Below, one piece after another: positions 41,103 to 51,416 of a stretch of 64,000 nucleotides of DNA. Below the pieces are notes generated by a model. It ran no database searches. It saw only the letters and a program-made list of their open reading frames with translations, and had not been told where the DNA came from. Origin of the DNA: an uncultured Lachnospiraceae bacterium. Lineage in GTDB: Bacteria; Bacillota; Clostridia; Christensenellales; UBA1242. The stretch is taken from assembly GCA_964393975.1 (NCBI GenBank), contig CAYMVO010000003.1:11760-75759 (forward strand), in the 5' to 3' direction. Positions within the stretch are counted from its first letter, which is position 1. Every line of letters starts with the position of its first letter. Both the position numbers and the translations under genes were made by a program.

Positions 41103-41425
41103 TGCTTGGGTGTGATATTATAGAAGTGGATAGGGTGAGAAAACTAAAAAACTTGAGCAAGGTTTTTACATTAGATGAGCTAGAGTATGCGAGAAAATTT
41201 AGCGATCCTTATGTGCATTTGGCGGGCTTTTTCGCACTCAAGGAGGCTGTCGTAAAGGCTATGGATATACCTCTTACTGTTTCTCAAATAGAGGTGCTAC
41301 ATAACGAAAACGGAGCGCCACGTGTAAATATATTAGTAAAGCTAAAAGATAAATACAAAATAGAATGTTCTATTTCAAACCTGCAAAAACTCGCTATGGC
41401 TGTAGCATATATTGAAAGGAACTAA
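41102..41425 (+). CDS. acpS: Holo-ACP synthase
   Basis: LGCDIIEV, LAGFFALKEAVVKA, GAP, SISN. Confidence 0.88.
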   Translation: MLGCDIIEVDRVRKLKNLSKVFTLDELEYARKFSDPYVHLAGFFALKEAVVKAMDIPLTVSQIEVLHNENGAPRVNILVKLKDKYKIECSISNLQKLAMAVAYIERN

Positions 41426-41560
41426 ATCAAAAGAGATGTCATAAATTTACTCTACGGGTTTATATTTGACATTTCTTTTGTTCTTTTTTGACAAAATCTC
41501 TCAATATTTTTGAGCATTTTTCATATAAAATATATATATAAATTTCTTTTAGGAGGAAGT

Positions 41561-42442
41561 ATGTATTTAAAGCGAACTTTGATACTAAGTGGGGTAGATG
41601 ACAAATGTATTTTGAGCATTGAAAAGAGTGGTGAACCGACCGCCCATTTCAAGACGAAAAAGGGCGATTTTGCGGTGTTTCAGTTTAACGAAGCACCTAT
41701 GGAGCTTTACAAATTAAATGATGAGATGTGTGAAAAGACTTGCTTATTGCCAAATTACATAGACCTTAGTGGCGATATTTCGTGTGCAGTGCTAGATGAT
41801 AGAGCGGAGGTTTTGATGCTGGGAGCGACGAGCGGAAAAGAGCTTTTTAGAGTGAGTGTACAAAAAAATTACAATCATTTTTTAGCGCAAATAAAGTCTT
41901 TAAGTGTGACCGAACCTAGCGGTGATGGAGATCAAAAGGTAGAGGTGGAACAGTTGTTTGAGCAAACCGATGATGATATTGATAACGCTATAACCGATTC
42001 GTTATTGACCGAATGTTTAAACCGCGATAGCGTGTGTGAAGGGTGCATTTACAAAAAAGCATTTTACGAGACCAAACCGCAAGAGGATGTGCCATTAATA
42101 GAGGAGGAAACAGAGGAGGACACACCATTTTTTGACCAAGTAAAAAATAGCATAGAAAACCTTTTTGAGACCTATCCAGTCAATCAAGAACTCGTCGACG
42201 CTATTGACAATAGTCAGTTTGTAAAGGTCGATTATGAAGGTGACGGCAATTTTTATAGCGTGGGGTTGATATTTGATGAGGATGATTTAAAATATATTTG
42301 TTATGCAATACCTAGTAGTGAAGGCGAGTCGCCACCAAAAGAACTAGAAGAGTTTTCTCAGTGGTTAAAAATACGGGACGGATATGGGTATTGGCTGACT
42401 TATCAAGACGGCAAGACTGGTGAAAGCGTCACATTAAATTAA
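41561..42442 (+). CDS. Conserved-looking hypothetical protein (acidic linker, C-terminal globular domain)
   Basis: RBS AGGAGG; CEGCIYKKAFY and FVKVDYEGDGNFYSVGLI segments; family not named with certainty. Confidence 0.75.
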   Translation: MYLKRTLILSGVDDKCILSIEKSGEPTAHFKTKKGDFAVFQFNEAPMELYKLNDEMCEKTCLLPNYIDLSGDISCAVLDDRAEVLMLGATSGKELFRVSVQKNYNHFLAQIKSLSVTEPSGDGDQKVEVEQLFEQTDDDIDNAITDSLLTECLNRDSVCEGCIYKKAFYETKPQEDVPLIEEETEEDTPFFDQVKNSIENLFETYPVNQELVDAIDNSQFVKVDYEGDGNFYSVGLIFDEDDLKYICYAIPSSEGESPPKELEEFSQWLKIRDGYGYWLTYQDGKTGESVTLN

Positions 42443-42599
42443 ATTAGTTGCTCTAAATAGTGATTAGAGCAATTTTTTTTGGCAAAAATCACTAAAAAAT
42501 ACTTTTAATTGATTGACTTATTGAGGTATTTTTGCTATTATATAATAGTCTAATCGCTTTATGCGTTTTATATAGCGAAACTGTATTTTAAGGAGTAAT

Positions 42600-44003
42600 A
42601 TGAAAAAGAAATCTATTCTTATGGTAGCGTGTCTACTTGTGGTTAGTTTGGCTTTTGCGGGCTGTGGTTTTCAAAAGCTTTCAAAAATGCCTAGTTTGGA
42701 GGCGGAGGTCTTAGGTAATGGCGGTTTGTCCGTTACAAAAGGTGAATATGTATATTATGTTGATAGTTTTGTCGAGTCATCTAGTATTGCTAAGGATGGC
42801 AATACTTATAATAAGATAAAAAATGCTAGTATTTATCGTGCTAAAATGGTAGATAATAAGCTCGTCTATAACGAGGACGGCGTATTGCAAAATGTGGAGT
42901 TGGTCGTTCCTAAAATCGTAGGTTTTGAAAATACTAATTTGTTCATTTTTGATGATTATATTTACTATGGCACACCTAACACTCAATATGACAAATCTGG
43001 CACACTTCGTAATGATTTGATTGATTTTTGTCGTGCGAAATTAGACGGTAGCAATGTGCAAATCATCTATACGACTGATGAATATTCAGACAATGCGACA
43101 CATTCCTTTTACAAAGTAAATGACAAGGTATATTTGGTTGTCTTTGAGGGGAGTGACCTTGTAAAAGTGGAGATAGGTACACATATCAAAAAAGCGGTGG
43201 TACTAGCAGAAGATTTGAGTAGTGTTATGTTGCCTAGTGTGAATAATTACACTTACGCTCAAAGCGTTACCGCTAGCGGTACTTTGGGGTATGCCTATTA
43301 TACAAGAGATTTGACCGAAGATGACGGATTTTTGTCTACGAGTAGCAAAGGTAATGTGTTGGGTAGAGTGGATATCGTGACAGATGAAAAGACCGAGATA
43401 AAAGACGGTGAGACCACTCACGAGCTTTGTAGCGTTCAGTCAAACTATGTTTATGATTATAAGACTAAAAACGGCAACAAGTGCTTGTACGCTACTAGTG
43501 ATATGAAGTCATTTATACAGGTGACCACCACCGATGCTTATAGTGATGTTGTTGTGCTTACCAATGTAAACGGGGAAAATAGAGGTATCATCGCTACATT
43601 TGATGATAAGACTGTTTGGATAAAGGACGGCACAAATGTAAAAGAGTCTAGCGAATTAGTATTGGATAGCAGTATTACTGTAAAATATGTGGATAATGAC
43701 TATATATATTATTTGGACGGGACAAAGATTTATAGAGTTAGTCTAGCAGATTTTACAAAAGAATTAGTAGTCAGTGATAGCACTATGAATACTAGCTACT
43801 TTGATTTTACTGAGAGTGGATATGTATACTATTTTGCGACCTATACGGGTGATAAAGACGAGTCAGGCGTATATCTAAATAGGGTAAATTTGAGTCAAAA
43901 AGTTGAACCTGAAGAGGGCGAAGAAGAGACCGATTTGGGTTATGAGATAGAACTAGTTGGTGTTTTAGCTGAAAATCATACCACTACTGAGGATGAAGAA
44001 TAA
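42600..44003 (+). CDS. Lipoprotein, probable beta-propeller (DUF5050-like)
   Basis: Lipobox LAFAGC; repeated beta-rich YIYY units; promoter TTGACT-17-TATTAT at 42513-41. Confidence 0.75.
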   Translation: MKKKSILMVACLLVVSLAFAGCGFQKLSKMPSLEAEVLGNGGLSVTKGEYVYYVDSFVESSSIAKDGNTYNKIKNASIYRAKMVDNKLVYNEDGVLQNVELVVPKIVGFENTNLFIFDDYIYYGTPNTQYDKSGTLRNDLIDFCRAKLDGSNVQIIYTTDEYSDNATHSFYKVNDKVYLVVFEGSDLVKVEIGTHIKKAVVLAEDLSSVMLPSVNNYTYAQSVTASGTLGYAYYTRDLTEDDGFLSTSSKGNVLGRVDIVTDEKTEIKDGETTHELCSVQSNYVYDYKTKNGNKCLYATSDMKSFIQVTTTDAYSDVVVLTNVNGENRGIIATFDDKTVWIKDGTNVKESSELVLDSSITVKYVDNDYIYYLDGTKIYRVSLADFTKELVVSDSTMNTSYFDFTESGYVYYFATYTGDKDESGVYLNRVNLSQKVEPEEGEEETDLGYEIELVGVLAENHTTTEDEE

Positions 44004-44064
44004 CAATCGGTTTATCTAAAAAGAGTCTATAAGTGACTCTTTTTGCTTAATTTATCTCTAAATG

Positions 44065-44124
44065 GGCTCTATGTCAAATGTTGGTGTCAAATAAATAATA
44101 AATATTTTTGTTATTATTAGTTTG
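44065..44124 (+). repeat. ~60-bp dispersed repeat, copy 2 (GGCTCTATGTCAA...)
   Basis: Aligns with 18368-18428. Confidence 0.65.
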
Positions 44125-44391
44125 ATTTTTGTATCTAGTGATTTCAACTAGTTGGATACACTAGATTTTTCGTTTATTAATAATATTCTTTTTCTTAGGT
44201 TTTTAATGGTTCTGTGTCCATAACTTATTCGTTTTAGCACTTTTATTTTGTTATTCTTTCCTTCGGTGTATCCGTTATTATATGGGTACACTATTTGATT
44301 GTAAATAAAGTAAACCTAATTAACTTGTTTTTTGTGTTTTATATTGACTTTATAACTTTTTTTTGATATTATACAATAAAAGGATGTTAAA

Positions 44392-44708
44392 ATGGAATTA
44401 TTTAATAAAAAGCGGTTTATACATCAATATTTTTAGCACTAATTCTTTGTATTTCATTTGTATTAATCAATTTTATAAATACAAAAAATTATATACTTAC
44501 TAGAACTGTAGATGTTAGTGAGATAGGGGTGTTATCTTATGATGAAGAGGTTGATAAGTTACTAAATATATTTGATGATTATTCTTTAAGTAGTAATAAT
44601 TCAAATTTTAAATTTGAGGCTTATAAGGATATTTCAGATTATAATTTTTCGGGTATCCAATATTTATCCACATCTTCTGATACTACATGTGTTCTATGGA
44701 ACACCTAA
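44392..44708 (+). pseudogene. Frameshifted, truncated secreted protein (possible polymorphic-toxin N-terminus)
   Basis: Promoter TTGACT-17-TATTAT (44344-72); ATG frame stops after 14 codons; one extra A in the A5 tract (44407-11) gives MELFNKKAVYTSIFLALILCISFVLINF... open to 44708. Confidence 0.55.
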
Positions 44709-44724
44709 AAATTAGGAGTCGTTT

Positions 44725-45090
44725 ATGAAAATTAAAGATTGGGAAAAATATATTATAAAAAAATACGATGCAATAAAGATAAATGATTTTGTAGATTTGA
44801 AAAAATATTTAACTAACCAAGAAAACTATGCGCATAATTTTACTCCTGAGGAAATTACTGAAACTGTAATAATGAATGATGAGTACTACTCGGCATATGT
44901 TTTTGATGAATCTAAAATTGCACATAGACAAGTTCAATCTACGGATAACTCAGGATGGAGTACAACCGTTGTTTTTATAGCATCATATGATAAAGTCAAT
45001 ATATCAGATTATTATATTCACGGATCAAACGGCTTGACTAGACATGAGATGGATGAGTTTTGTCGTGATATCTACCCATTAGCAGATTGA
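44725..45090 (+). CDS. Hypothetical 121-aa protein (immunity-like)
   Basis: RBS AGGAG; AT-rich; directly follows the truncated secreted gene. Confidence 0.65.
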   Translation: MKIKDWEKYIIKKYDAIKINDFVDLKKYLTNQENYAHNFTPEEITETVIMNDEYYSAYVFDESKIAHRQVQSTDNSGWSTTVVFIASYDKVNISDYYIHGSNGLTRHEMDEFCRDIYPLAD

Positions 45091-45096
45091 GGATTT

Positions 45097-45801
45097 ATGT
45101 TTAATAAAGATTTTTTAAATATTACATTAGTGTTTTCTGGGATATTATTTATTTTTATTAGTTTTCTTTATGTAAATCATTTAAACATACATAGCACTCA
45201 GTTTATTTTTAATAATAATATTGAGAAGGTTGTTGAAATTAAAACTTCAAATGATGAAATTATTTAAAATTATGCTACTGGATTTTTTGTAAATAAAAAT
45301 GGCGTTATACTAACTAACAAACATGTTGTAAATAGTTCAGAAGACAATAATAATTTTAAAATAGTTAAAGTAAGATTATCAGACATGAATGAATGGCAAA
45401 ATGCTGAAATAATAAATGTTAGTAATAAAAGTGATTTGGCATTAGTAAAAATTGATAAAACAAACACAAAATATTTTGACTTTAGCAATAATGTTAAAAA
45501 TGGTGAAACTGTATATACATTAGGCAATCCAAATGGACTAGGATTATCTTTCAGTAGTGGCGTGGTTTCAAGTAATGAAAGAAACATATTATACAATGAT
45601 AAAACAATAACAACAATACAAACAAGTCTTGTTGTTAATGAGGGAAATAGTGGTGGACCTGTTTTTAACAGCTCCAGCAAACTTGTTGGAATAATTAGTT
45701 TTAGATTAAAAGATAAATATGATAATGTAATTCAAGGTGTTTCATTTATTTTGCCTGTTTCTACTATTCAAATGTTTATAATAGAGTCTACAGTTGAGTA
45801 A
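45097..45801 (+). pseudogene. Trypsin-like serine protease (no PDZ) with internal nonsense codon
   Basis: Signal/TM start at 45097; in-frame TAA at 45265-67; triad motifs TNKHV, DLA and GNSGGP all in the same frame. Confidence 0.82.
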
Positions 45802-45934
45802 TACTCATGATTGGACTCTTTTTTTGTGGTTTGGTGTATTTTTGAACATAATAGTCAAAAGTCAGACAAAATATTTGTTTGCTATATGCGTTTTATTTGG
45901 TGTAAGATATGGTATATAAGACTTAGGAGGATAT

Positions 45935-46723
45935 ATGGCGAGAAAAATTGTTATCACTTCGGGTAAAGGTGGTGTCGGAAAGACCACGACCGTTGCAAAC
46001 CTTGGGTGCTTCTTGGCTAAATTTAACTATCGTGTAGCACTTATGGATTTGGATATTGGGTTAAATAATCTTGATGTGGTTATGGGACTAGAAAACAAAA
46101 TTGTTTACGATATAGTAGACGTTATAAATAATAGATGTAGAGCAAGGCAAGCACTCATTCAAGACGCGACTTTGCCATCGCTCTACGTGATGCCGTCTAG
46201 TCATATAAACGTAAAAATCACAAAAGAACAACTAAAGTCCGTGGTGGACAATTTGGATCCATATTTTGATTTTATTTTGTTTGATTGTCCAGCGGGGATA
46301 GAGGAAGGGTTTCATAGGGCGGTGACCTTTAGTGATGAGGCAATAGTGGTAGTCACACCACATATTAGCAGTATAAGAGATGCGGATAAAGTGTTATCTA
46401 TCCTAAGTAGCTACGGACTAGCGGAGGTGAATGTGCTAGTCAATCGTGTGCGTGGTGATTTGATAGTAAATAAGGAGGTGCTGTCCGTGGAGGATATACG
46501 CTGTTTATTAAAAAATAAAGTCATTGGAGCAATACCTGAAGATGATAACATAGGGACTTTGGCTAGCTTTTCGGGTAATCTCACGGGTAAAGGCGATGCG
46601 ACTAGAGCGTTTTATTTGCTCGCGACAAATGTAATTGACGGCACACATAAAATATTTGATTGCACTATGAATTATCGTGGCATTATGGGAAGTATTAGAA
46701 GAAAATTGAAAAAGAAGGTGTAA
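45935..46723 (+). CDS. minD: Septum site-determining ATPase MinD
   Basis: TSGKGGVGKTT, DIGLNNLD, DCPAGIEEGF, SSIRDADK. Confidence 0.95.
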   Translation: MARKIVITSGKGGVGKTTTVANLGCFLAKFNYRVALMDLDIGLNNLDVVMGLENKIVYDIVDVINNRCRARQALIQDATLPSLYVMPSSHINVKITKEQLKSVVDNLDPYFDFILFDCPAGIEEGFHRAVTFSDEAIVVVTPHISSIRDADKVLSILSSYGLAEVNVLVNRVRGDLIVNKEVLSVEDIRCLLKNKVIGAIPEDDNIGTLASFSGNLTGKGDATRAFYLLATNVIDGTHKIFDCTMNYRGIMGSIRRKLKKKV

Positions 46724-46724
46724 A

Positions 46725-46964
46725 ATGGTAGGTAGTAGCGAAAGATTTAGTCGGGCAAATAACATTTTGCTTTTAGACAAAAAAAGAAGCGCCGACTCTT
46801 TACTAAACGATGTGATAAAATGCGATATCCTAAGCGTGCTACGGTGCTATTTTGAGCTGGAAAACAACGCTTGCATTTTGTCGGTGGATACTTTGGAGGA
46901 CGGCAAACTGAGTATAAATATGTCGGTCATAGCGACTAGAGGTAAAGATTTTTGGAAGGTGTGA
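46725..46964 (+). CDS. Divergent MinE-like protein
   Basis: 79 aa abutting minD; RANNILLLDK...IKCDILSVLRCYFEL parallels MinE RLKLIL.HDR...K.DII.VISKYV.I. Confidence 0.55.
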   Translation: MVGSSERFSRANNILLLDKKRSADSLLNDVIKCDILSVLRCYFELENNACILSVDTLEDGKLSINMSVIATRGKDFWKV

Positions 46965-47052
46965 GGATAAATATTTTCTTTTACGACAAAAAACCAAAAT
47001 ATTTGCTTTGGGCGTTTCATTATATATACTAAAAACTTTTTAAGGTGTATAT

Positions 47053-47691
47053 ATGAAGTATGAAGAATTAAATATTACCAATCTAAATAATAGTTATGTC
47101 TCACCGCTAGAGGTGAAGTATATTAATCGCAATAGACACAAGGCGTTAAAAAACTCTATTTTTGGAATGGTTTTTTTGTGCCTTTTATCGTTTAATGTTT
47201 TGTTTATTATGGACGCAATCGATACGCCGTTTACAAACAAAGTTTTGCATACCGTAAAATCTATTTTCGCAAAACCGACCGACGAACTCTTTGATGATGA
47301 TAGCGAGGTGTTTTTTGTGGCGTGGCTTTTGGGCGTGCAAAGTAGTGATGAACCTTTAGAGTTTGTGTCACCGGTCAAGCATTCTATGTCTTCCAAAGAG
47401 GGTAAAGATTTACTGATACAAAACTTAGGTAATGTCGTCTATGCGACCGAAGCGGGCAAGGTCAGTAAACTAGAGTACAATGATAGCGGTCTAAAATATA
47501 TGGAAATCACTCACGCTAGTGGTGTGGTTAGCGTTTATGACAATCTTGATTTTGTCGGGGTTGTGGTGGGGGATACCGTGACAAAAGGTCAACTCATCGC
47601 TAGTAGTAAAAATCTGACTTTTAGCATAATAAAAGGCAATGATAAGGTGGATATTGAGATTAGCGACGGACGGGTAGTATTAGGTGCGTAA
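47053..47691 (+). CDS. SpoIVFA-like protein (TM plus degenerate M23 domain)
   Basis: VYATEAGKV, ITHASGVVSVYDNL (HxH zinc motif lost), VGDTVTKGQLI; upstream of an M50 protease. Confidence 0.7.
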   Translation: MKYEELNITNLNNSYVSPLEVKYINRNRHKALKNSIFGMVFLCLLSFNVLFIMDAIDTPFTNKVLHTVKSIFAKPTDELFDDDSEVFFVAWLLGVQSSDEPLEFVSPVKHSMSSKEGKDLLIQNLGNVVYATEAGKVSKLEYNDSGLKYMEITHASGVVSVYDNLDFVGVVVGDTVTKGQLIASSKNLTFSIIKGNDKVDIEISDGRVVLGA

Positions 47692-48493
47692 GTCGTTTTC
47701 ATTTTTGATACATCCTTTATTTTTGATTTTTGCGTGCGTGATGATTTATTTTGGGAATGCGGTTGTGTTTTTTGAGTTTATGCTAGCGGTCATTTTGCAC
47801 GAACTCGGTCATAGTTTGGTCGCTAAAAGGTTAGGATACAAACTGAAAAGTCTTTGCCTTATGCCGTATGGAGCGCAACTAAACCTACAAAGTAACGCCC
47901 TAAGATGTAGTGATGAGGTACTAATTGCCCTAGCAGGACCTTTTGTGAATGTCCTTTGCTTTTGTGTAGGAGTAGCTCTTTGGTGGCTCTTTCCGCTGAT
48001 GTACCCGTACACCGAAGCTTTTGTAATGTCTTCTTTTGTAATGGCGATATTCAACCTTTTACCGCTAGTACCGCTAGACGGTAGCCGTGTAATATTGGCG
48101 TTTATGGGAGCAAAAAACAAACGCCGACTTGGGTATAAAATACTATCAATCATAAATTGCGCTATAAGTGGGGTGCTATTTATACTTTTTGCGGTTAGTT
48201 GTTTTTATGAGGTAAACTTTACTTTTGGAATAATATCAATATTTTTGATGATGGGCGCTTTTGAGAGGGACACCGATTTTGACTACTGTTATCTATTTCA
48301 GTTTGAAAAGTTCGAGCTAAATAAAAAGCGAAGTTTACCTATCAAATTTTTTGTCGTGCATAAAGATTTTAAAGCGTTAGACCTTTTTCGCCTCGCTAGT
48401 CCAAACTTTTACGCTGTCGCAGTGGTGGTGGATGATGATTACAAGCCGATAAAAACGATTTATGAGTCAGATTTTCATAAGCTAGTGGGGTAA
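47684..48493 (+). CDS. SpoIVFB-like M50 intramembrane metalloprotease
   Basis: HELGH, IALAGPFVN, FNLLPLVPLDG. Confidence 0.88.
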   Translation: MRKSFSFLIHPLFLIFACVMIYFGNAVVFFEFMLAVILHELGHSLVAKRLGYKLKSLCLMPYGAQLNLQSNALRCSDEVLIALAGPFVNVLCFCVGVALWWLFPLMYPYTEAFVMSSFVMAIFNLLPLVPLDGSRVILAFMGAKNKRRLGYKILSIINCAISGVLFILFAVSCFYEVNFTFGIISIFLMMGAFERDTDFDYCYLFQFEKFELNKKRSLPIKFFVVHKDFKALDLFRLASPNFYAVAVVVDDDYKPIKTIYESDFHKLVG

Positions 48494-48495
48494 AT

Positions 48496-49458
48496 ATGCG
48501 GTTGAAAGTGGTTTATCTTCTTGTCCTAATATGCGGTTGCGTTATGGGTGCGGGGTTTGTCAGTGGTAGCGAATTATGGCTATTTTTTGGGCGGTACGGG
48601 TGGTTTGCCTTGCCGTTATTACTACTATTTGCGTGTGTGTTTGGTAGCGGTGTGTACAAGGTGATGATGTTAAAGGAAAAGTACAAAATAGGTAATATAG
48701 AGGAATTAAGCGTCTTGCTTATGCCAAAAATAGGACGATACATTGACTATGTGCTAAAGTTTAGCTACCTCGTCTTTGCCTCCGCAATGCTCGCGTGTAT
48801 ACGCACCCTTGCGGGCGAGTGGGTTTGCGTTGGCGTGCTAATCGTGTCATTTGTCATTGTGTATTTAAACAAAAAAACTCTTATGCGACTAAATCTATTT
48901 TTGGTGCCGATAGTGATAGGTTTTGTGGTGAGTCTAATAGTGGTTAATCAAAATAGTATTGAAATAGCGAGTCTATTGCGACCTACTACTAGCGTGTTTT
49001 TTGCTAGCGTGGGCGTGGTCTTCTATGCGACTGTAAATCTGCTATTGTGCTTTGGCGCACTCTTAAAGTCGTATAAATCTCTCACAAAAAAAGAGACCTA
49101 TCTAGTCGCTTTGGTCTCTAGCGTTATACTATGCGTGCTAGCGTGGTGCGTGCTATTACTTGTTTGCTCTACTGATTTTAATCTTATTGATTTACCCCTA
49201 AGCGGTGTCGCAAGTAGTAGTGGTGCTATGTTTGGTGTGCTAGGTGATATTGTCATAGTCGCGAGCATTTTTACCACGTTTATTGCCTGCGTTTTTGGTG
49301 TGCATACCGACAAGACTAGTGCGCATAGACTCGTTTTTTTATTTTGCGCCATATACATTTTGAGTTTGGTCGGATTTTATCATATATTAGAAATAGGATA
49401 TTTTGCAGTGGGCGTCTTTTCGTTTACGTATTTTGTCTTACTTATGCGAAAGACTTAA
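48496..49458 (+). CDS. YkvI-like membrane protein
   Basis: GCVMGAGFVSGSELWLFFG motif; multi-pass membrane protein. Confidence 0.78.
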   Translation: MRLKVVYLLVLICGCVMGAGFVSGSELWLFFGRYGWFALPLLLLFACVFGSGVYKVMMLKEKYKIGNIEELSVLLMPKIGRYIDYVLKFSYLVFASAMLACIRTLAGEWVCVGVLIVSFVIVYLNKKTLMRLNLFLVPIVIGFVVSLIVVNQNSIEIASLLRPTTSVFFASVGVVFYATVNLLLCFGALLKSYKSLTKKETYLVALVSSVILCVLAWCVLLLVCSTDFNLIDLPLSGVASSSGAMFGVLGDIVIVASIFTTFIACVFGVHTDKTSAHRLVFLFCAIYILSLVGFYHILEIGYFAVGVFSFTYFVLLMRKT

Positions 49459-50270
49459 TTACCGCTTTTGCGTACTCGTTTTTCTAGTGCCATTACGCCA
49501 AAATACATTGCCGTAGCGAGTATGCACAAGATAAGCGTGCTAGACATTACAAGGTCTAGATTGAATACCGTTCCGCCGTAGACTATTAGGTACCCGAGTC
49601 CCGCTTTGCTCACCAAATATTCGCCCATAATCGTACCTACCCAAGTAAGCCCGACGTTGATTTTGAGAATGGAAACGAGTTCGCCAAGTGCGTTTGGAAA
49701 TACGAGTTTTGTAAATAATTGCCACTTGCTAGCACCCATTGCTTGCATTAGGAGTATTTTGTCTTTGTCGCACGACATAAACGCACTTAGCATTGACAAT
49801 ATTGTCACTATGATGAGGATAAGTATTGCCATTACGACAATAGCTTTTGTGCCACTGCCAAACCATATTATGATGAGTGGACCGAGTGCTATTTTTGGTA
49901 GCGCGTTTAGTACCACAATGTAAGGATCTAGTACGCGCCTAAGAGACTCGCTCCACCATAACGCTATCGCTATAACAAGTCCCAAACCCGTCGCTATCAC
50001 AAACCCTAAAATCGCCTCATATAGCGTGACGTATATATGTGTAAATAGTTCACCCGAGATAGCAAGTTTGACTATGCAGTTAAACATTCTACTCGGACTA
50101 CTCATAAAGAATGAGTCAATCACACCTAAAAAAGCAAAGAGCTCCCAAAACCCTATTATCCCCACTATCAAAGATATTTGTAAGGTGATGATTATCCATT
50201 TTTTGCGGTTTACTTTTTTAATAAAATCAGTGTGTTCTTTTGTAAAATTGTTTTCTTTTTTATTTTTCAT
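49455..50270 (-). CDS. ABC transporter permease (NitT/TauT, YtlD-like)
   Basis: FFMSSPS, NALPKIALGPL, EAA loop MQAMGASK, GTIMGEYL; start placed at MKNKK. Confidence 0.9.
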   Translation of the reverse strand: MKNKKENNFTKEHTDFIKKVNRKKWIIITLQISLIVGIIGFWELFAFLGVIDSFFMSSPSRMFNCIVKLAISGELFTHIYVTLYEAILGFVIATGLGLVIAIALWWSESLRRVLDPYIVVLNALPKIALGPLIIIWFGSGTKAIVVMAILILIIVTILSMLSAFMSCDKDKILLMQAMGASKWQLFTKLVFPNALGELVSILKINVGLTWVGTIMGEYLVSKAGLGYLIVYGGTVFNLDLVMSSTLILCILATAMYFGVMALEKRVRKSGN

Positions 50271-51003
50271 ATTGAAGTTCCTTCCAGATTGTATCAAAAT
50301 ATTTTTTAAACTCTTTTTGCCCTCTCCGCTCAAAAGGTGTCAAGTCTTTATCTAGTCTTATCGTAACTATTTTCTTTACTACGGCTGGTCGTTTTGATAG
50401 TATTATCACTCTGTCCGCCATTGATATTGCCTCGTGTATGTCGTGCGTCACAAGGATAGCGGTCTTTTCTTCCGACTTTATTATCCGCCACACATCATCG
50501 CACACATCTAAGCGGGTTTGAAAGTCTAGCGCCGAAAACGGCTCATCCAAAAGCAGTATATCTGGCATCAAAGCGAGTGTCCTTATCAGTGCGACACGCT
50601 GTCGCATTCCTCCGCTGAGTTGATTAGGGTAGTGGTCTAAAAAATCACCTATGCCGTATTTTTCGCTCAAATCTTTTATATATGATATGCTCTTTGGGGT
50701 ATCTTTTTTTTGCAGTTCTAGTCCTAGTGTTATGTTTTTATAAATGGTACGCCAGTTAAACAAATGGTCTTTTTGAAACATATATCCGCTCTTGAGTCCG
50801 TCCGCCATAACTATTTGCCCGCTAGACGGCTTTAAAATGCCTGCTATCAGTGACAAAATGGTCGTCTTACCGCAACCGCTAGGTCCTACTATCGCTACAA
50901 ATTCACCCTTTTTTATCTCAAAATCTAGACTCTTTATTGCTAGCGTCTCATTGCTTAATGTATGGTATATCAAACTAACATTGTCAAATTTTAAAATGCT
51001 CAT
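50260..51003 (-). CDS. ABC transporter ATP-binding protein (NitT/TauT, YtlC-like)
   Basis: GPSGCGKTT, LSGGMRQR, LLLDEPFSALD, VTHD. Confidence 0.95.
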   Translation of the reverse strand: MSILKFDNVSLIYHTLSNETLAIKSLDFEIKKGEFVAIVGPSGCGKTTILSLIAGILKPSSGQIVMADGLKSGYMFQKDHLFNWRTIYKNITLGLELQKKDTPKSISYIKDLSEKYGIGDFLDHYPNQLSGGMRQRVALIRTLALMPDILLLDEPFSALDFQTRLDVCDDVWRIIKSEEKTAILVTHDIHEAISMADRVIILSKRPAVVKKIVTIRLDKDLTPFERRGQKEFKKYFDTIWKELQYEK

Positions 51004-51416
51004 TTTCCCTCGTTTTTTAAATAAAATATCAAAAGGTTTTTCCCCTTTTAATTCATTATATGTTTTGCTTTATAATTTGTTATTATATGATATCATCTCG
51101 CACAAAACATTGCGTTACATAATGTTTGCGTTGTACTTTTACTAGTTTGTATAAATGAAGTGACTTTGTGTGTTAGGATTGATAGATTTAAAGCAGATAT
51201 GCAAATAGAAAGCGACTATAAATATGAGGGCAATCTTATTTAAAAACACACCTCTAAAAGATGATAATTGGTTATTTGTATGTTAATTAAAATTTGATAA
51301 AATAATTTAAAAAGTTATAAAAAAAGAAGCATTGCGTTTTATACACCTATATAGGTGAGTCGCATTGCTCCTTTTTTGTAATGTCAGCGATAAAAATAAC
51401 GATTGGTTTTTTTGGT

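Noticed and set aside
44133-44166. 34-bp near-palindrome ATCTAGTG...CACTAGAT
   Set aside because: Single copy; explainable as a terminator-like hairpin; no further support.
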